Counted from the stretch's first letter, positions 1 through 14,654 are shown. The stretch is DNA of 64,000 nucleotides from Eledone cirrhosa (GCA_964016885.1 OZ024751.1:41044001-41108000); one strand, 5' to 3'. Made by a program: numbers and translations. Notes: a model not told the origin generated them from the letters alone.

Positions 1-1750
<1,750 letters not shown>

Positions 1751-1914
1751 ATAACTCTAGATATCATCTAGTTGAACTGTAGGAAACAAGTGTCCACAAC
1801 AGCTATCACATTCACAACAATGAAGATATCACATCTACAACAATAACAACAATAATAGCAATCAAAATAAAATTACCGTTGAAAGCTAATAGAGCTTAAC
1901 TATTAGTATTGCTA

Positions 1915-2340
1915 TCACTGCTGTCGCCATCACCACCGCCGCCGCCACCATCACTGCTGTCGCCATCACCACCGCCGCCGCCACCATCACTGCTGTCGCC
2001 ATCACCACCGCCGCCGCCACCATCACTGCTGTCGCCATCACCACCGCCGCCGCCACCATCACTGCTGTCGCCATCACCACCGCCGCCGCCACCATCACTG
2101 CGGTCGCCATCACCACCGCCGCCGCCACCATCACTGCTGTCGCCATCACCACCGCCGCCGCCACCATCACTGCTGTCGCCATCACCACCGCCGCCGCCAC
2201 CATCACTGCTGTCGCCATCACCACCGCCGCCGCCACCATCACTGCTGTCGCCATCACCACCGCCGCCGCCACCATCACTGCTGTCGCCATCACCACCGCC
2301 GCCGCCACCATCACTGTTGTCGCCATCACCACCACCACCA
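1915..2340. repeat. 36-bp CpG-rich minisatellite, about 12 copies
   Basis: Unit tcactgctgtcgccatcaccaccgccgccgccacca. Confidence 0.95.
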
Positions 2341-3174
2341 CTGCCGTTGTGGTCGCCGTCGCTGCTGTCACCACCAACACAGCACCTCAACCATTACCAC
2401 CACCATCCTTGCAATCAACCATTGGTACCACCACTAACACAACAGCACGCCCCATTGCCACCACCACTAACACAATAACTCAACTATCGCCACCACCACC
2501 ACCACCATTAACACGACACCACCATTAACACGACACCACCACCACCATTAACACGACACCACCACCGCCACCATTAACACGACACCACCACCACCATTAA
2601 CACGACACCACCACCACTACCACAGTCACAACCACCACCACCACCACCACTAACACCACAACCACCACCACCACCATTAACACAACACCACCACCACTAC
2701 CACAGTCACAACCACCACCACCACCACCACCACTAACACCACCACCACCACCACCACCACCACCACTAACAACACAACACATCAACCACCATCAATACTA
2801 CTACTACTACTACCACCACCACAACCACCACCACCACCACCACTAACACCACAACCACCACCACCACCATTAACACGACACCACCACCACTACCACAGTC
2901 ACAACCACCACCCCCACCACCACCACCACCACTACCACCACCACCACTACCACCACCACCACCACCACCACCACCACCACCACCACCACCACCACTAACA
3001 ACACAACACATCAACCACCACTCCCACCAATACTACTACTACTACTACCACCACCACAACCACCACATACCACCACCACTACATACCACCACCACCACAA
3101 CAACAACAACAACAACAAGAGCATCAGTAACTGCTATTAGAAGTAAAGAGTATCATTAGAAAAACAGTAATACG

Positions 3175-3338
3175 ATGTACCGGTATAGTTGTAGTCAGCT
3201 ATGTCAATGTTACAGTAAAACAACAACAACGGTAACAACAACAACGCCAACGACATGTGCATACCCCATGTCGAGCAAATCTTTACTTTCTCTCTTCCTC
3301 AGCCTGTTGCTCCCTACTGGAATATACGCTAACTGGAT
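3175..3338 (+). CDS. WNT16: Wnt16 exon 1 (signal peptide); in-frame ATGs at 3175 and 3268
   Basis: ATG3268 reads MSSKSLLSLFLSLLLPTGIYANW-AT, a hydrophobic signal-like peptide, ending at a consensus donor AT|GTAAGT (3339). The phase-2 junction joins exon 2 to give NWMYLG (human WNT16 has NWMWLG). The frame is open upstream to ATG3175, preceded by TAG at 3157. Confidence 0.85.
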
Positions 3339-3881
3339 GTAAGTAAATATTATTTAGACTTTCTCTTTCTTCCTCCCTTCCTTCCTTCCTTCCTTTCTTT
3401 ATCTTTTTTATTTGTTTGTTATATATATATTTTTTTTGGGGGGGGGGGGGTATATTTGTTTATTTTTTTAAATTTTAATTTAATTAAAAAATATATTAAT
3501 ATTTAGTTTTACTTTCATTTCATTTAATTTTGTTTCTAAAATCTTCTTGGTTGTTTTTCCCTTCATTAGGGATGGGGGTTGATAAAATAAAGTACCAGGA
3601 ATGCACTGGGGTCGATTTAATTGACTTATTTTCGGGGAGGGGGTGTTTGTATATTTGTTGATTTTTTTAAAATTTAAATTTTAAAAACAATTTTAATATT
3701 TAATTATATTTTCATTTGTTATTTCTAAAAAGCAAGAAAAAAAAAATTGATTGTTTTCCTGTCTTTAGGAGGTCGATAAAATGTAGTACCAGTAACGCAC
3801 TAAGGTCGATATAATCGACTTATCTTCACCTCATCCCTTCAAATTGCTGGCCTTGTGCCAAAAGTAGAAACAATTATTAAA

Positions 3882-4130
3882 TTGGCAAGATAGTGAGAGC
3901 GTCGAACAAATAAATACTCGGCGGTATTTGATCCAGTTCAAATCCCGCCGAGGTCAACTTTGTCTTTCATTATTCCGGGGTTGATAGATTAAAGTACCAG
4001 CCATGTACTCGACTGGTATTTTATTTTATCGACTCTGGAAGGGTGAAAGACAAAGTTGACCTTGGCAGGATTTGAACTCAGAATGTAAAGATGTAGAACA
4101 AATACAGTAATGACATTTTATCCGATGCTG
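3882..4130. mobile_element. Inverted (tail-to-tail) pair of SINE A copies
   Basis: + copy at 3882-4002 and - copy at 4011-4130. Further fragments at 3560-3875. Confidence 0.75.
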
Positions 4131-4289
4131 CTCTCCCTATTTGCCATCTTGGGGGTGGATATTTAAGATCGTAAGATTGTTTGAGATGAGATGGGACGAT
4201 TAGTTACAGTTGAGCCTCGGATTCTCTATAACTTCTCAATGAATCCGTATATTTTTTTCTTTTAATTTATCGACCCCAGTAAGGCAGTA

Positions 4290-4520
4290 AAGCCTCTAAA
4301 ATGCAGGGGTTACTTAGAAAGGAGAAGGTCAAGACAGATAGAAGATAATTCAATATAATTGAAGGAGAGAGAAGGTAACGATTGAATTAATGCAACTTGT
4401 AAGGGTCAGGGAAGCAAGAAGTCGGAAGAGAATTCCATTGGCGAGATGTACGAAAGAAGAAACTATTAGATTAGAACTTTCTATTACATTTAAGAACTTC
4501 AACTGTCAAAGGATGAGACC
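4290..4520 (-). mobile_element. CR1/L2-group LINE 3' end
   Basis: Reverse translation gives RTSRQWNSLPTSCFPDPYKL. Confidence 0.6.
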
Positions 4521-4902
4521 TAGTCACCAATCTGGTGCTCCTTTAAAACTAAACTGTAATAATAAGGATTTTGTTTATGCATGTATGAAACAGCTGATTG
4601 AGTGCAGAAAGAGATTTTATAATTGTCACAAGGTTTCACATGTAAAAAAAGGTTCTGATATTTAGGAGGTTTTTCAGTAAGTCATGATCATCACAACCAT
4701 TGCTTTCAACTTCCGATAATCAATAGATTTCCTGTTTATGGAAGCAATAGACTTTAACCCTTTCATCTAACCATTTCATTAAACCATTTCAATATAGAAA
4801 AACATAAATATTAGTAGGAAGTAAACAAATCTTGTTATTTATTGAGATACTTGAATGATATGAAATTTGAAGTTTTGATATCCAAATTGGAAGTCACTAT
4901 AC

Positions 4903-5104
4903 ATAATGATAGCTTTAGAAAATCGGGTAAAAAATACCCCCTTAGAGGCAGAAAAAAGTGGCCAGCAACCACTACAGAGAACCGATCTCTGTATCTCTCA
5001 AATTAGGGCCGAGATACAGAGTTCGATTTTCTGTAGTGACTACTGACCACTTTTTTCTATCCTTAAGGGAATATTTTACCCGATTTTCTAATGCTGTTAT
5101 TATT
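4903..5104. mobile_element. Fold-back element / MITE (~100-bp diverged arms)
   Basis: ttagaaaatcgggtaaaa..agaaaaaagtgg..ctctgtatctc / gagatacagag..ccacttttttct..ttttacccgattttctaa. Confidence 0.7.
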
Positions 5105-6784
5105 TATAGCGATTTCTGCGGTTGAATTCTAACATTTTAAATATAAATATCAGTCATGGGATGGATTTAATCTAAAACAGCTCCTCTCCTAACTGTTACC
5201 TTGAAAAATAAATTATTATGGTGGTGGATAACAAAATCGGTGGTGGAACACAAAATGTCTTGTGATATTTAATCACGACCTTTTATGTTTACAGTTAAAT
5301 CCCCTGAGGTATCGATAAAATAAGTACTGGGGATGATTCAATCACCCCACTCTAGAAATTGTTCATAAGTATAATTGAATTACCAGTCATACAACTTCCG
5401 TTTTGATACCCAAATGTCTCAAAAGTAAGGAGACGTTTGATATCAACGCATTTTCAAGAATATTTGTGCCGTTAGTAAATCCCATCAAAGTCAAAATTGA
5501 AACCAGAAAAAACACCAGTGTTAATACTCATAAGCTCCCTGTATTTGATAGTTTGTTTGGATCAACAGATCAACTGAAAACAACAGCTGGTTGATTGATG
5601 AAAGGGTGGGCTGTTTTAAAGTTTCAGCTAGATCTTGTCAACAAACGCTCCATACGGTTTAAACACACAAGTCTCTGATGTCCGAATGACTAAGTGCCGC
5701 CAGAAGGACACCCAGGAGTTATGACCTGGATGCAGGCTGGCTCCTTTAGCATGTAAGAAGTTAAGGGACGAAACACTTGCTTGGGAAGGGTTTTCTTCTA
5801 TGAAAACCTTCTATTGTTCAGCTCTCCTGAGAGTTTCTTACCAATTGTATTGCGAAATCGAATAACATTAGGTGAACATCGATATACAAACACATAAGTT
5901 TGATGTCTGTTGACAGATCTGTATTACATCTGGATAACAATGTCACATCTTTCTAGAGAAGACAAGCAAATGTAAATGAGAGTTATGAGAAGGTGAGGAC
6001 AATCCAAAAATGTCACAATCTTCTCGGACATGGAGACATGCTTGTATGAATTACAATTTTCTCCTGACAATCAAAAACTGATTTAAGATATCATATCTTC
6101 GTGAGAAAACCTTTTTTGTTTCTTTGGTTCTTTTGAAATTAATTCATTCATTACACTATTTTCTTTTATTGAATAACATGTTTCTGTTCATTGGTCTTTT
6201 AGAAGAAATCAAATATATTTAAAAAAACCTTATGGATTATCGGGTCGCTTGAAGCATTTCTCTGTCTCTTTTCCTGTCTCTAAGGGTAAATTGTTCAATT
6301 TTCTCAACTATTATTTATAGAGTCCAACTGTTATTACAGTGAGTTTCTACGTTTGGCTCTCTCATATTTTCAAATTTCAAATATATCAAAATTTTAATGA
6401 AATATATCAAAATGTCGACAATCAACAGAAAGCTAATGCAAGCAATCTAAGTATTTGGTAGAAAACACTGAAAACTCACATACCAATTTAAGTCCGTGCC
6501 CACCCTGAGATAGTGATAAGAAAACAAAGTAAATATATACATATATATATAATTTATTTTTGTATTTGTTTTGCAAGATTTTTATGTGAAATATGTGAAA
6601 ACGTGTGTTGAAACAGATATGTTTATACTTTGGGAGGGTCATAGTGCCAATAAAAATCACACGCATCAATTGAGGTTCACTTCAATTTATTATTATAATT
6701 TTCCGTCGGTTAGTTTAATAGCCAGATGGTTGTTTAGTTGTCATTGAACAACTAAGGAATCAAAGTATGATTATATATATATAT

Positions 6785-6952
6785 ATCAGTAGAGGGTCGG
6801 ACGCCATGCTTTCCAGCATAGTTACGTCCCTTTACGATCTGAGTTCAAATCCCGCCGAGGTTGACTTTGCCTTTCATCCTTACGGGGTCGATAAAATAAA
6901 GTACCAGTAATGCACTGGGTAATTGCTGGCCTTGTGCCTAAAGTAGAAACAA

Positions 6953-6956
<4 letters not shown>
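6785..6956 (+). mobile_element. tRNA-derived SINE family A (Meta/MESC-like central domain)
   Basis: B-box GAGTTCAAATCC, central gcctttcatccttacggggtcgataaaataaagtaccag and an AT tail. More than 20 copies or fragments in the window. The domain name is from recalled resemblance only. Confidence 0.8.
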
Positions 6957-7020
<64 letters not shown>

Positions 7021-7053
7021 GTATGTATGTATATATATATATATATATATATA

Positions 7054-7224
7054 TAACGAAGGAAATGTGGTAAGGAACCAGGTGGACCATAACGCACCAA
7101 AGTAGTCAATACTTAGGGTAGTAGAGTGGGTAATAGGAACCAGTAAGACCCAGATGTAATACAGATCTGTCAACAGATGTAATACAGATCTGTCAACAGA
7201 CATCAAACTTATGTCTTACTGGTT

Positions 7225-7226
<2 letters not shown>
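7054..7226 (-). mobile_element. Hairpin-ended (TA)n-embedded element, family H1, copy 1 (hairpin core replaced)
   Basis: Shares an ~80-nt tail (taacgaaggaaatgtggtaagg...gtgggtaataggaac) with three other copies. Outer arms are ggaaccagtaagac/gtcttactggttcc. (TA)n on both sides. Confidence 0.8.
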
Positions 7227-7284
<58 letters not shown>

Positions 7285-7422
7285 CAAAAATATATATATA
7301 TATATTTAAATTGTTGGGATACAACAAACAAATATTTTTATAACTGATATAAAGCACTCAACAAGTATTTGGAGTAAATATACGATATTAACAAATGGAA
7401 ACTATATTTATAAAACCATATC

Positions 7423-7486
7423 TATTTTATTATAATATTTCAAGGATACCATGTTAAATTATGGTATGCTTTCATCAGACAAAATA
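7423..7486 (-). ncRNA. Minimal hammerhead motif (inverted copy)
   Basis: Reverse complement of the 7575 motif, with stem III loop one base shorter. Confidence 0.6.
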
Positions 7487-7574
7487 TAATATATAACAGT
7501 AGGAGTCTACCTACAGTAATGGTTGCATTTTGTAAGGGTATGTCAATATTTATTTATAAAACTGTTATATATTG

Positions 7575-7639
7575 TATTTTGTCTGATGAAAGCATACCAT
7601 AATTTAACATGGTATCCTTGAAATATGTATAATAAAATA
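7575..7639 (+). ncRNA. Minimal type-I hammerhead ribozyme motif
   Basis: Stem I TATTTTGT/ATAAAATA; CTGATGA at 7583-7589; stem II AAGcATACCAT/ATGGTATcCTT; GAAA at 7620-7623; short stem III; UH = TA at 7630-7631. Confidence 0.7.
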
Positions 7640-7678
7640 GATATGGTTTTATAAATATAGTTTCCATTTGTTAATATC

Positions 7679-7734
<56 letters not shown>

Positions 7735-8911
7735 GTGTATATACATATATACATATGTATATATATACACACACACATATATATATATACATATATACAT
7801 ACACACACACATATACAAAAATATATATTTATATATATTTGATTCGGATTTTCGGAAAGGATATAGAAATCAAACGAAATGACATTGAGAAGAAGGAATC
7901 AAAAATCTGATATTTCTACGGAATACAAGCATCACTGAGAACGTAAACTCAAAGACTCCATAATGAAATTGCAGAGAATAAAGAAATATTTGATTCATGA
8001 AAGAAATTCATAGTTAAATCTTATTTAATAGCTTTGGATTCCATTATAAATAATTAAAATAAAACATTTCAACATTTTAACTTTTAGCTTCCAAAGCATT
8101 ATGACAATGCAGATAGAATGAACAAATTTTAAATAAGCGTGTTCCCAGACGCCATCTGCAGTCATACTTTCTAAGAATGGAGAATAGGTTGTTGTAATTG
8201 ATAGATATTTTTCTAATAATGCTTCATTTTATTTTCATTTTACCTTTAAAACGCTATTTAATTAAATAATTACGTTATTTAATTAAATAATTAAACAACA
8301 CATGCATTTCTATAGATTTTCATGAGATTGAGATTACTATAAAATAATTTTTTAAATAATTATTTTGACTTTAAATTAAAAAATAACAATTATATATTCA
8401 TTTTAAAATTGTATCTTTCTTGTGTTTTGATTTTAAATAATACAAAATATAGATTTAGAATAAATTTAGGATTATTTTGTACATGTCCTGGTTTTTTTTT
8501 AATGTCCTCACTCTACTTAGGTTTCGAACTTGGCTTCAGCCCTAATTTCTCCTAGTTTGATTTACCAGAAATCCACAAACCATGTAGAGTACAGCCTTCA
8601 TCTCTTCTACAGATGACATAACAATTATTTACTACCACAGAGCTGTGGAATTACTCCAACTGTACGTCCACTATTGTTTGTATAATTTAGTCAGGGTAGC
8701 GGCCATGACATTTGTAAGTTCTCTGTGACTGAAGGAATGTGGAGGGAGGAAGGGGGCACGAGGAAAAACCCATGACTCATTGGCTGTTGCAGTGGGGGAA
8801 AATAAAATAAAAATAAACTAAAGGGCAAATATTATATCAGATATGTCATAAATTATGCTAGGTCTGTCTAGATCTTGTCTCTACAACAAAACACAATAAC
8901 CTGTGTATTGG

Positions 8912-9155
8912 ACCTCCGTCGACTAAGACGACGAGTGTTCCAGTTGATTCAGTCAAATGAACAGTCTTTTTGTTACATTTATGTGCAAGTGGCTGAGTAC
9001 TATATAGACACGTGTACTCTTAACTAGTTCTCAGGGAGATTCAGCGTGACAAGGCTGGTCCTTTGAATTACAGCTGCAGCTCCTTTTTGCCAGCTGGACA
9101 GGACTGTACTGGAGCAACTTGAAATAAAGTATATTGCTCAAGGACAAAACGCGCA
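8912..9155 (-). mobile_element. SINE B
   Basis: Homologous to 31825-32070. Confidence 0.75.
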
Positions 9156-9459
9156 GCTCACAGTGTACATACAGATCAACCACTTGAGCAAGAGGTTAAG
9201 GGTGTGATTTGTATGTTGACCCGTCCCGTTGAATATAAAACTGACATTATTGAAGTTTTGAACCTACCGTCTTTTCTTCTCCAATCCAATGCAATCCAGA
9301 ACCATCTCACTCCTGTTGAAGGAACCCCCACCCCCATTGAACTCCGCCCTAGATCTGTCTCCTGATGATTTCTTTTGAATGAAACAGTTCTAGTCCCGTA
9401 GAAACCATTTCTATATATAATTGATAATCTGTTATTTTAATAAATATTTGCTCTACGGT

Positions 9460-9652
<193 letters not shown>

Positions 9653-9762
9653 ATATATATATATATGTGTGTGTGTATATATATATTTGTGTATATATAT
9701 ATATATATAATTATATATGTATATATATATATGTGTGTATATATATTTAAATATATATATAT

Positions 9763-9842
<80 letters not shown>

Positions 9843-10217
9843 ATATATATATACATACATACACATTTAATCCAGTGCCTTCTCACTCCCGTTGGGGGAA
9901 CGCCCACCCTGGTTGACCTCCACCGCTTTCTGTTTGGTTTTGGTCATGTCTTCGGGGGTGTAACAGCATTCACCACGCTTGGCCAATTGTGGGTTGGTGA
10001 GGCTATTTAACCTATAGTTAGGGTGGATGGCCAATTGTGGGTTGGTGAGGCTATTTAACCTATAGTTAGGGTGGATGGCCGTTGAAACTAAGAAGTTGAT
10101 CCGCCCTTTTCTTCTACAGTCTCATAGATACGATATTTTACTGTATTGTTGTAACTCAGAGAAATAAAGTTTAGAATTCTACTTCGCAACCGTTTCTATG
10201 ACTTCCTTTACAGCTGG

Positions 10218-10270
<53 letters not shown>

Positions 10271-10492
10271 TATCCTCACCTACTGCATGTGGTATTCATT
10301 ATTATTTTTCTTTTATTTGTAGTTAAAGGATATATTGATGTTAATGTTGGGGTTTGTAGATTTTATTTATTATATAAATATAAAAACTAACATTCTACTG
10401 GGTGGGTGACTCCATCAATGTAATATTGGATTAACTGGCCGTTGACTCGATGAAGCTCGAGAAATAGTCAACCAAGAAACACACACACAAAT

Positions 10493-10619
<127 letters not shown>

Positions 10620-10888
10620 TATAATGTGTTGGTGGTATATATAAAGAATTTTATATGTACACCAACACATTATAACTTTATATCAGTTTGACAATCGCCA
10701 CCGACGAATGCGAGGAAATTCTCCAGAAAGTTAACCAGGATTTAAAAAAAAAACTTTTCACCGAAGTTAACAAAGGACTTATTAGATTTATATAGCAAAA
10801 TTATAAAATTAAATTGTTACAGAATACCAACTACAGTGAAGTCATTATATTTTTTAAATATATAATATATATCTATCTATATACTTGC

Positions 10889-10956
<68 letters not shown>

Positions 10957-11137
10957 TAATAAAAATAATGAATAAAAACAAAGAAACAGTTCCTTATATT
11001 AAAAAATTCATCATTTTACGATCGTTTCTAGGATATATATGTGTGTTTTGGTATGTATATCATATAGATCTATGTAAAATTTTTACAAACTATCAGAGGG
11101 AATATACATACCTACACATATATATGCTGTCTTCAGA

Positions 11138-11170
<33 letters not shown>

Positions 11171-11173
<3 letters not shown>

Positions 11174-11364
11174 CGAAGGAAATGTGGTAAGGAACCAGGC
11201 GGACCATAATGCACCAAAGTACTCAATACTTCGGGTAGTAGAGTGGGTAATAGGAACAAGTAAGACCCCGACGGCTGAGCTCAAGCCGTTTCGACGGCTA
11301 ATTCTGGACATCCAGAATTAGCCGTCGAAACGGCTTGAGCTCAGCCGTCGGGGTCTTACTTGTT

Positions 11365-11368
<4 letters not shown>
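11171..11368 (-). mobile_element. Family H1 copy 2 (Penelope-like terminus with perfect ~58-bp-arm palindrome)
   Basis: Tail plus perfect inverted repeat at 11250-11369, inside (TA)n. Confidence 0.85.
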
Positions 11369-11416
<48 letters not shown>

Positions 11417-12459
11417 ATTATTATTAATACAGATTAAAATTTTAAGCAAACTATTTCAGCTTTCACCCTAAGATGATCCCGTTTGCTTAAAATTTTAATC
11501 TATATTAGTAATAAATATTTGTGTATATATATATATATATGTGTGTGTGTATATGTGTGTGTGTCTGTCTATGCAGTAGCATCAGCCTTGGTGAGCTGTC
11601 ATTCTTGCATTTCGTTCTGAAATTAAATTTACTTTGCCCCAGATTTCAGAGGATCTTCTTTGAGGAGGAAACTTCACAGTCTATTGATTTCCTCGAGCTT
11701 GAGAGAGTTTGACCAGCTGCCTGTGTCATGGCTCTCCAAATTCTCATATTAAATGTTCCTTTGGGGAAATATTGGGAAAGAGGTCTTTCCTCTATTTTTC
11801 TCTCTTTCATTGGTATGTTGTGATCTTTGTAACTTTGACATTTGCTGTGTGTGTTTCTATGTAGTGTATGTGTGTGTCTTTCATATGATGTGAGGTGTGT
11901 AAGGTGTGGGCAAAATGTATTAAGATGAAGATAGTGTGAGCGTCTGAGAGAGACAGATAAATAATTGGAGTGAGTGAGAAAGAATATTTATGATTCAATC
12001 ACTTTGCCGATAAATATATATATATATATATATGTATGTATATATATTGTGTATATATATATATATAATGTATTATATAATATAAAATATACACATATAT
12101 TTATATATATATATATATATATATATAGTAATAATAATAAATTTGAAGACTAAAATCCAAAGAGGGCTCGATAAGGATAAATATATATCAAATATATAAG
12201 AACCTATATATATATATACATATATAAGAACATATATATATTGTTATACTTTGGGAGGGTCATGTTGCCAATAAGAAACACACGCACCAGTTGCTTTCAC
12301 TTCAATTTATTATATATTTATAAATTTATAAATTTACAAATCTACAAATTTACAAATCTACAAACTTATAAATTTCTGGTTGGTTGGTTGGTTCCACGAT
12401 TTCAGATAAAGAATCTTGCTAAACAAATTCAGAAACGAAACATATATATATATATACAC

Positions 12460-12521
<62 letters not shown>

Positions 12522-12668
12522 TGTATAATATATATACATATATATATGTATTATATATGTAATGTATTATATAATGTATAATATATATATACATATATAT
12601 ATTATATATGTAAGGTATTATATAATGTATAATATATATACATACATATAAATCATATCATATAATAC

Positions 12669-12714
<46 letters not shown>

Positions 12715-13048
12715 ACACTTTCTATTTCGTATTTTCAGAGTGGTGGTTGAACTGACAGACAGGGGAAGGTATGAGTTTATACATAACTTTAGCGAGGTGG
12801 TGGTTGACATAACGAGAGGTGTAAGTTTTCATATACATATATTATGTTATATATATTATATGTATGTATTACACACGCGCTCCGCCCCGCCCCGCCCTGC
12901 CCCGCCCTACAAACAAGAACATATACACACAAACATACACATACACATATATATAGTCATATATTTATATATATATAATATATATAATATATATATAGAG
13001 TCATATATATATAGATATATAGATATTTTTCATATATATATATATATA

Positions 13049-13242
13049 GGAACGAGTAGGACCCCGACGGCTGAGCTCAAGCCGCTTCGACGGCTAATTC
13101 TGGACCAGAATTAGCCGTCGAAACGGCTTGAGCTCAGCCGTCGGGGATCCTACTCGTTCCTATTACCCACTCTACTACCCTGAGTATTGAGTACTTTGGT
13201 GCGTTATGGTCCACGTGGTTCCTTACCACATTTCCTTCGTTA
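13049..13242 (+). mobile_element. Family H1 copy 3
   Basis: Palindrome 13049-13160 followed by the tail, inside (TA)n. Confidence 0.85.
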
Positions 13243-13797
13243 TATATATATATATACGTATGTATGCGTATGTATATATGTGTGTGTATATATGTATGTG
13301 TGTAAATATGTGTGTGTGTATATATGTATGTGTGTATATATGTGTGTGTGTATATGTATGTGTGTGTAAATATGTGTGTGTGTATATATGTATGTGTGTA
13401 TATATGTGTGTGTGTATATATGTGTGTGTATATATGTGTGTGTGTGTATATATATGTATGTATGTGTGTGTGTGTGTGTAACACGAAAACACTACAACAA
13501 GGTACTCTGGACCAGATAGATAGGTAGATAGATTTATGACGACCTTATGGTGATGATAGTTCAATTTCCGTTTTATCCTGAGTATTATTTTAGCTATGGC
13601 CGCCACTTTGTACCTTTGCACCTCGATGTTTATTTTATCAAATTGAGAATCATATCCAATCAAGATTTTTTTTTTACCATTCTCTGATTAGTCTTTGAGC
13701 TATACTTCGGCTAATTAAGAGAACACACAACTATTTCATCCACTCTTGGTAAACTCTTATTTGCCATTTTCTCGCTCACCTTCTCTCTCTCCCTCTC

Positions 13798-13858
<61 letters not shown>

Positions 13859-13863
<5 letters not shown>

Positions 13864-14118
13864 TGTAATAAACAACATAAGGCAATTATTTAATTTACCA
13901 GTGGTTTCTTAAAAGCAAACAAATTTTGCTTTCAATCATCAGAATGAAAAATGAAAAAATCCAGGATTTTTTCATTCTGATGATTGAAACCAAAATTTGT
14001 TTGCTTTTAAGAAACCACTGGTAAATGAAATAATTGCCTTATGTTGTTTATTACATAACTATTAAGCTCTGTAACCTACATAGAGCACTCTTTTTTCCTG
14101 AACCTTTCCGACGGAATT

Positions 14119-14123
<5 letters not shown>
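13859..14123 (+). mobile_element. Hairpin-ended (TA)n-embedded element, family H2, copy 1
   Basis: Palindrome with ~100-bp arms centred at 13963, plus a ~60-nt unique tail. (TA)n on both sides. Confidence 0.8.
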
Positions 14124-14157
<34 letters not shown>

Positions 14158-14654
14158 GTATGTATATATTTCGCTGCTAGTGCACCCTCTTCAAATAATT
14201 TATACCAGTTTAAATGAACGCGCGTTAGCTTTTTTTTTTTTTAATTCAGTCATTTTTAACGCTAGTCATTTATGTTTTTGCTAACATTTTACTCTACAAC
14301 TAAGAAAATATATGAGAACATTTTCTACGACACAAATCGTTCAGTTGACTTTGTAAAACATGGAAATAACTATTACATTTTCATACAGGATTACGTAAAC
14401 TTTGCTTTGATACGTCCTGTAACATAAGATCTGTTACATTTACTATGTTTGAATTCCACCCCTTTCAACCATATTCTGTTCCTTTAAACTCTATGTTTTC
14501 TGGTGGACTGGAAGATAGATTATACATAATTAATTCTATTTTTGTTGTTATTCTTGCGAACATTTCCTTTTAATTTCTTACAATTAATGGTTTCTAACAT
14601 GGGCACAAGACCAGAAATATTGTAGGGGAGGGCATAGTTGATTACATCAACCCC

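Larger units (their letters stand above)
7280..7682 (+). mobile_element. Penelope-like terminal repeat (family H3) with an internal inverted duplicate
   Basis: 7380-7500 is the reverse complement of 7561-7682. The whole unit matches 19818-20078 in reverse. Carries hammerhead cores and is flanked by (TA)n. Confidence 0.75.

Noticed and set aside
5400-6250. Possible coding or retroelement remnant in unique sequence
   Set aside because: No sustained ORF or recognisable motif on either strand by eye. It would need tBLASTx.
11250-11369. pre-miRNA or conventional MITE
   Set aside because: It is a perfect palindrome with an asymmetric unique tail and copy-specific mirrored variants. This fits fold-back synthesis rather than a conserved miRNA or a TIR element.
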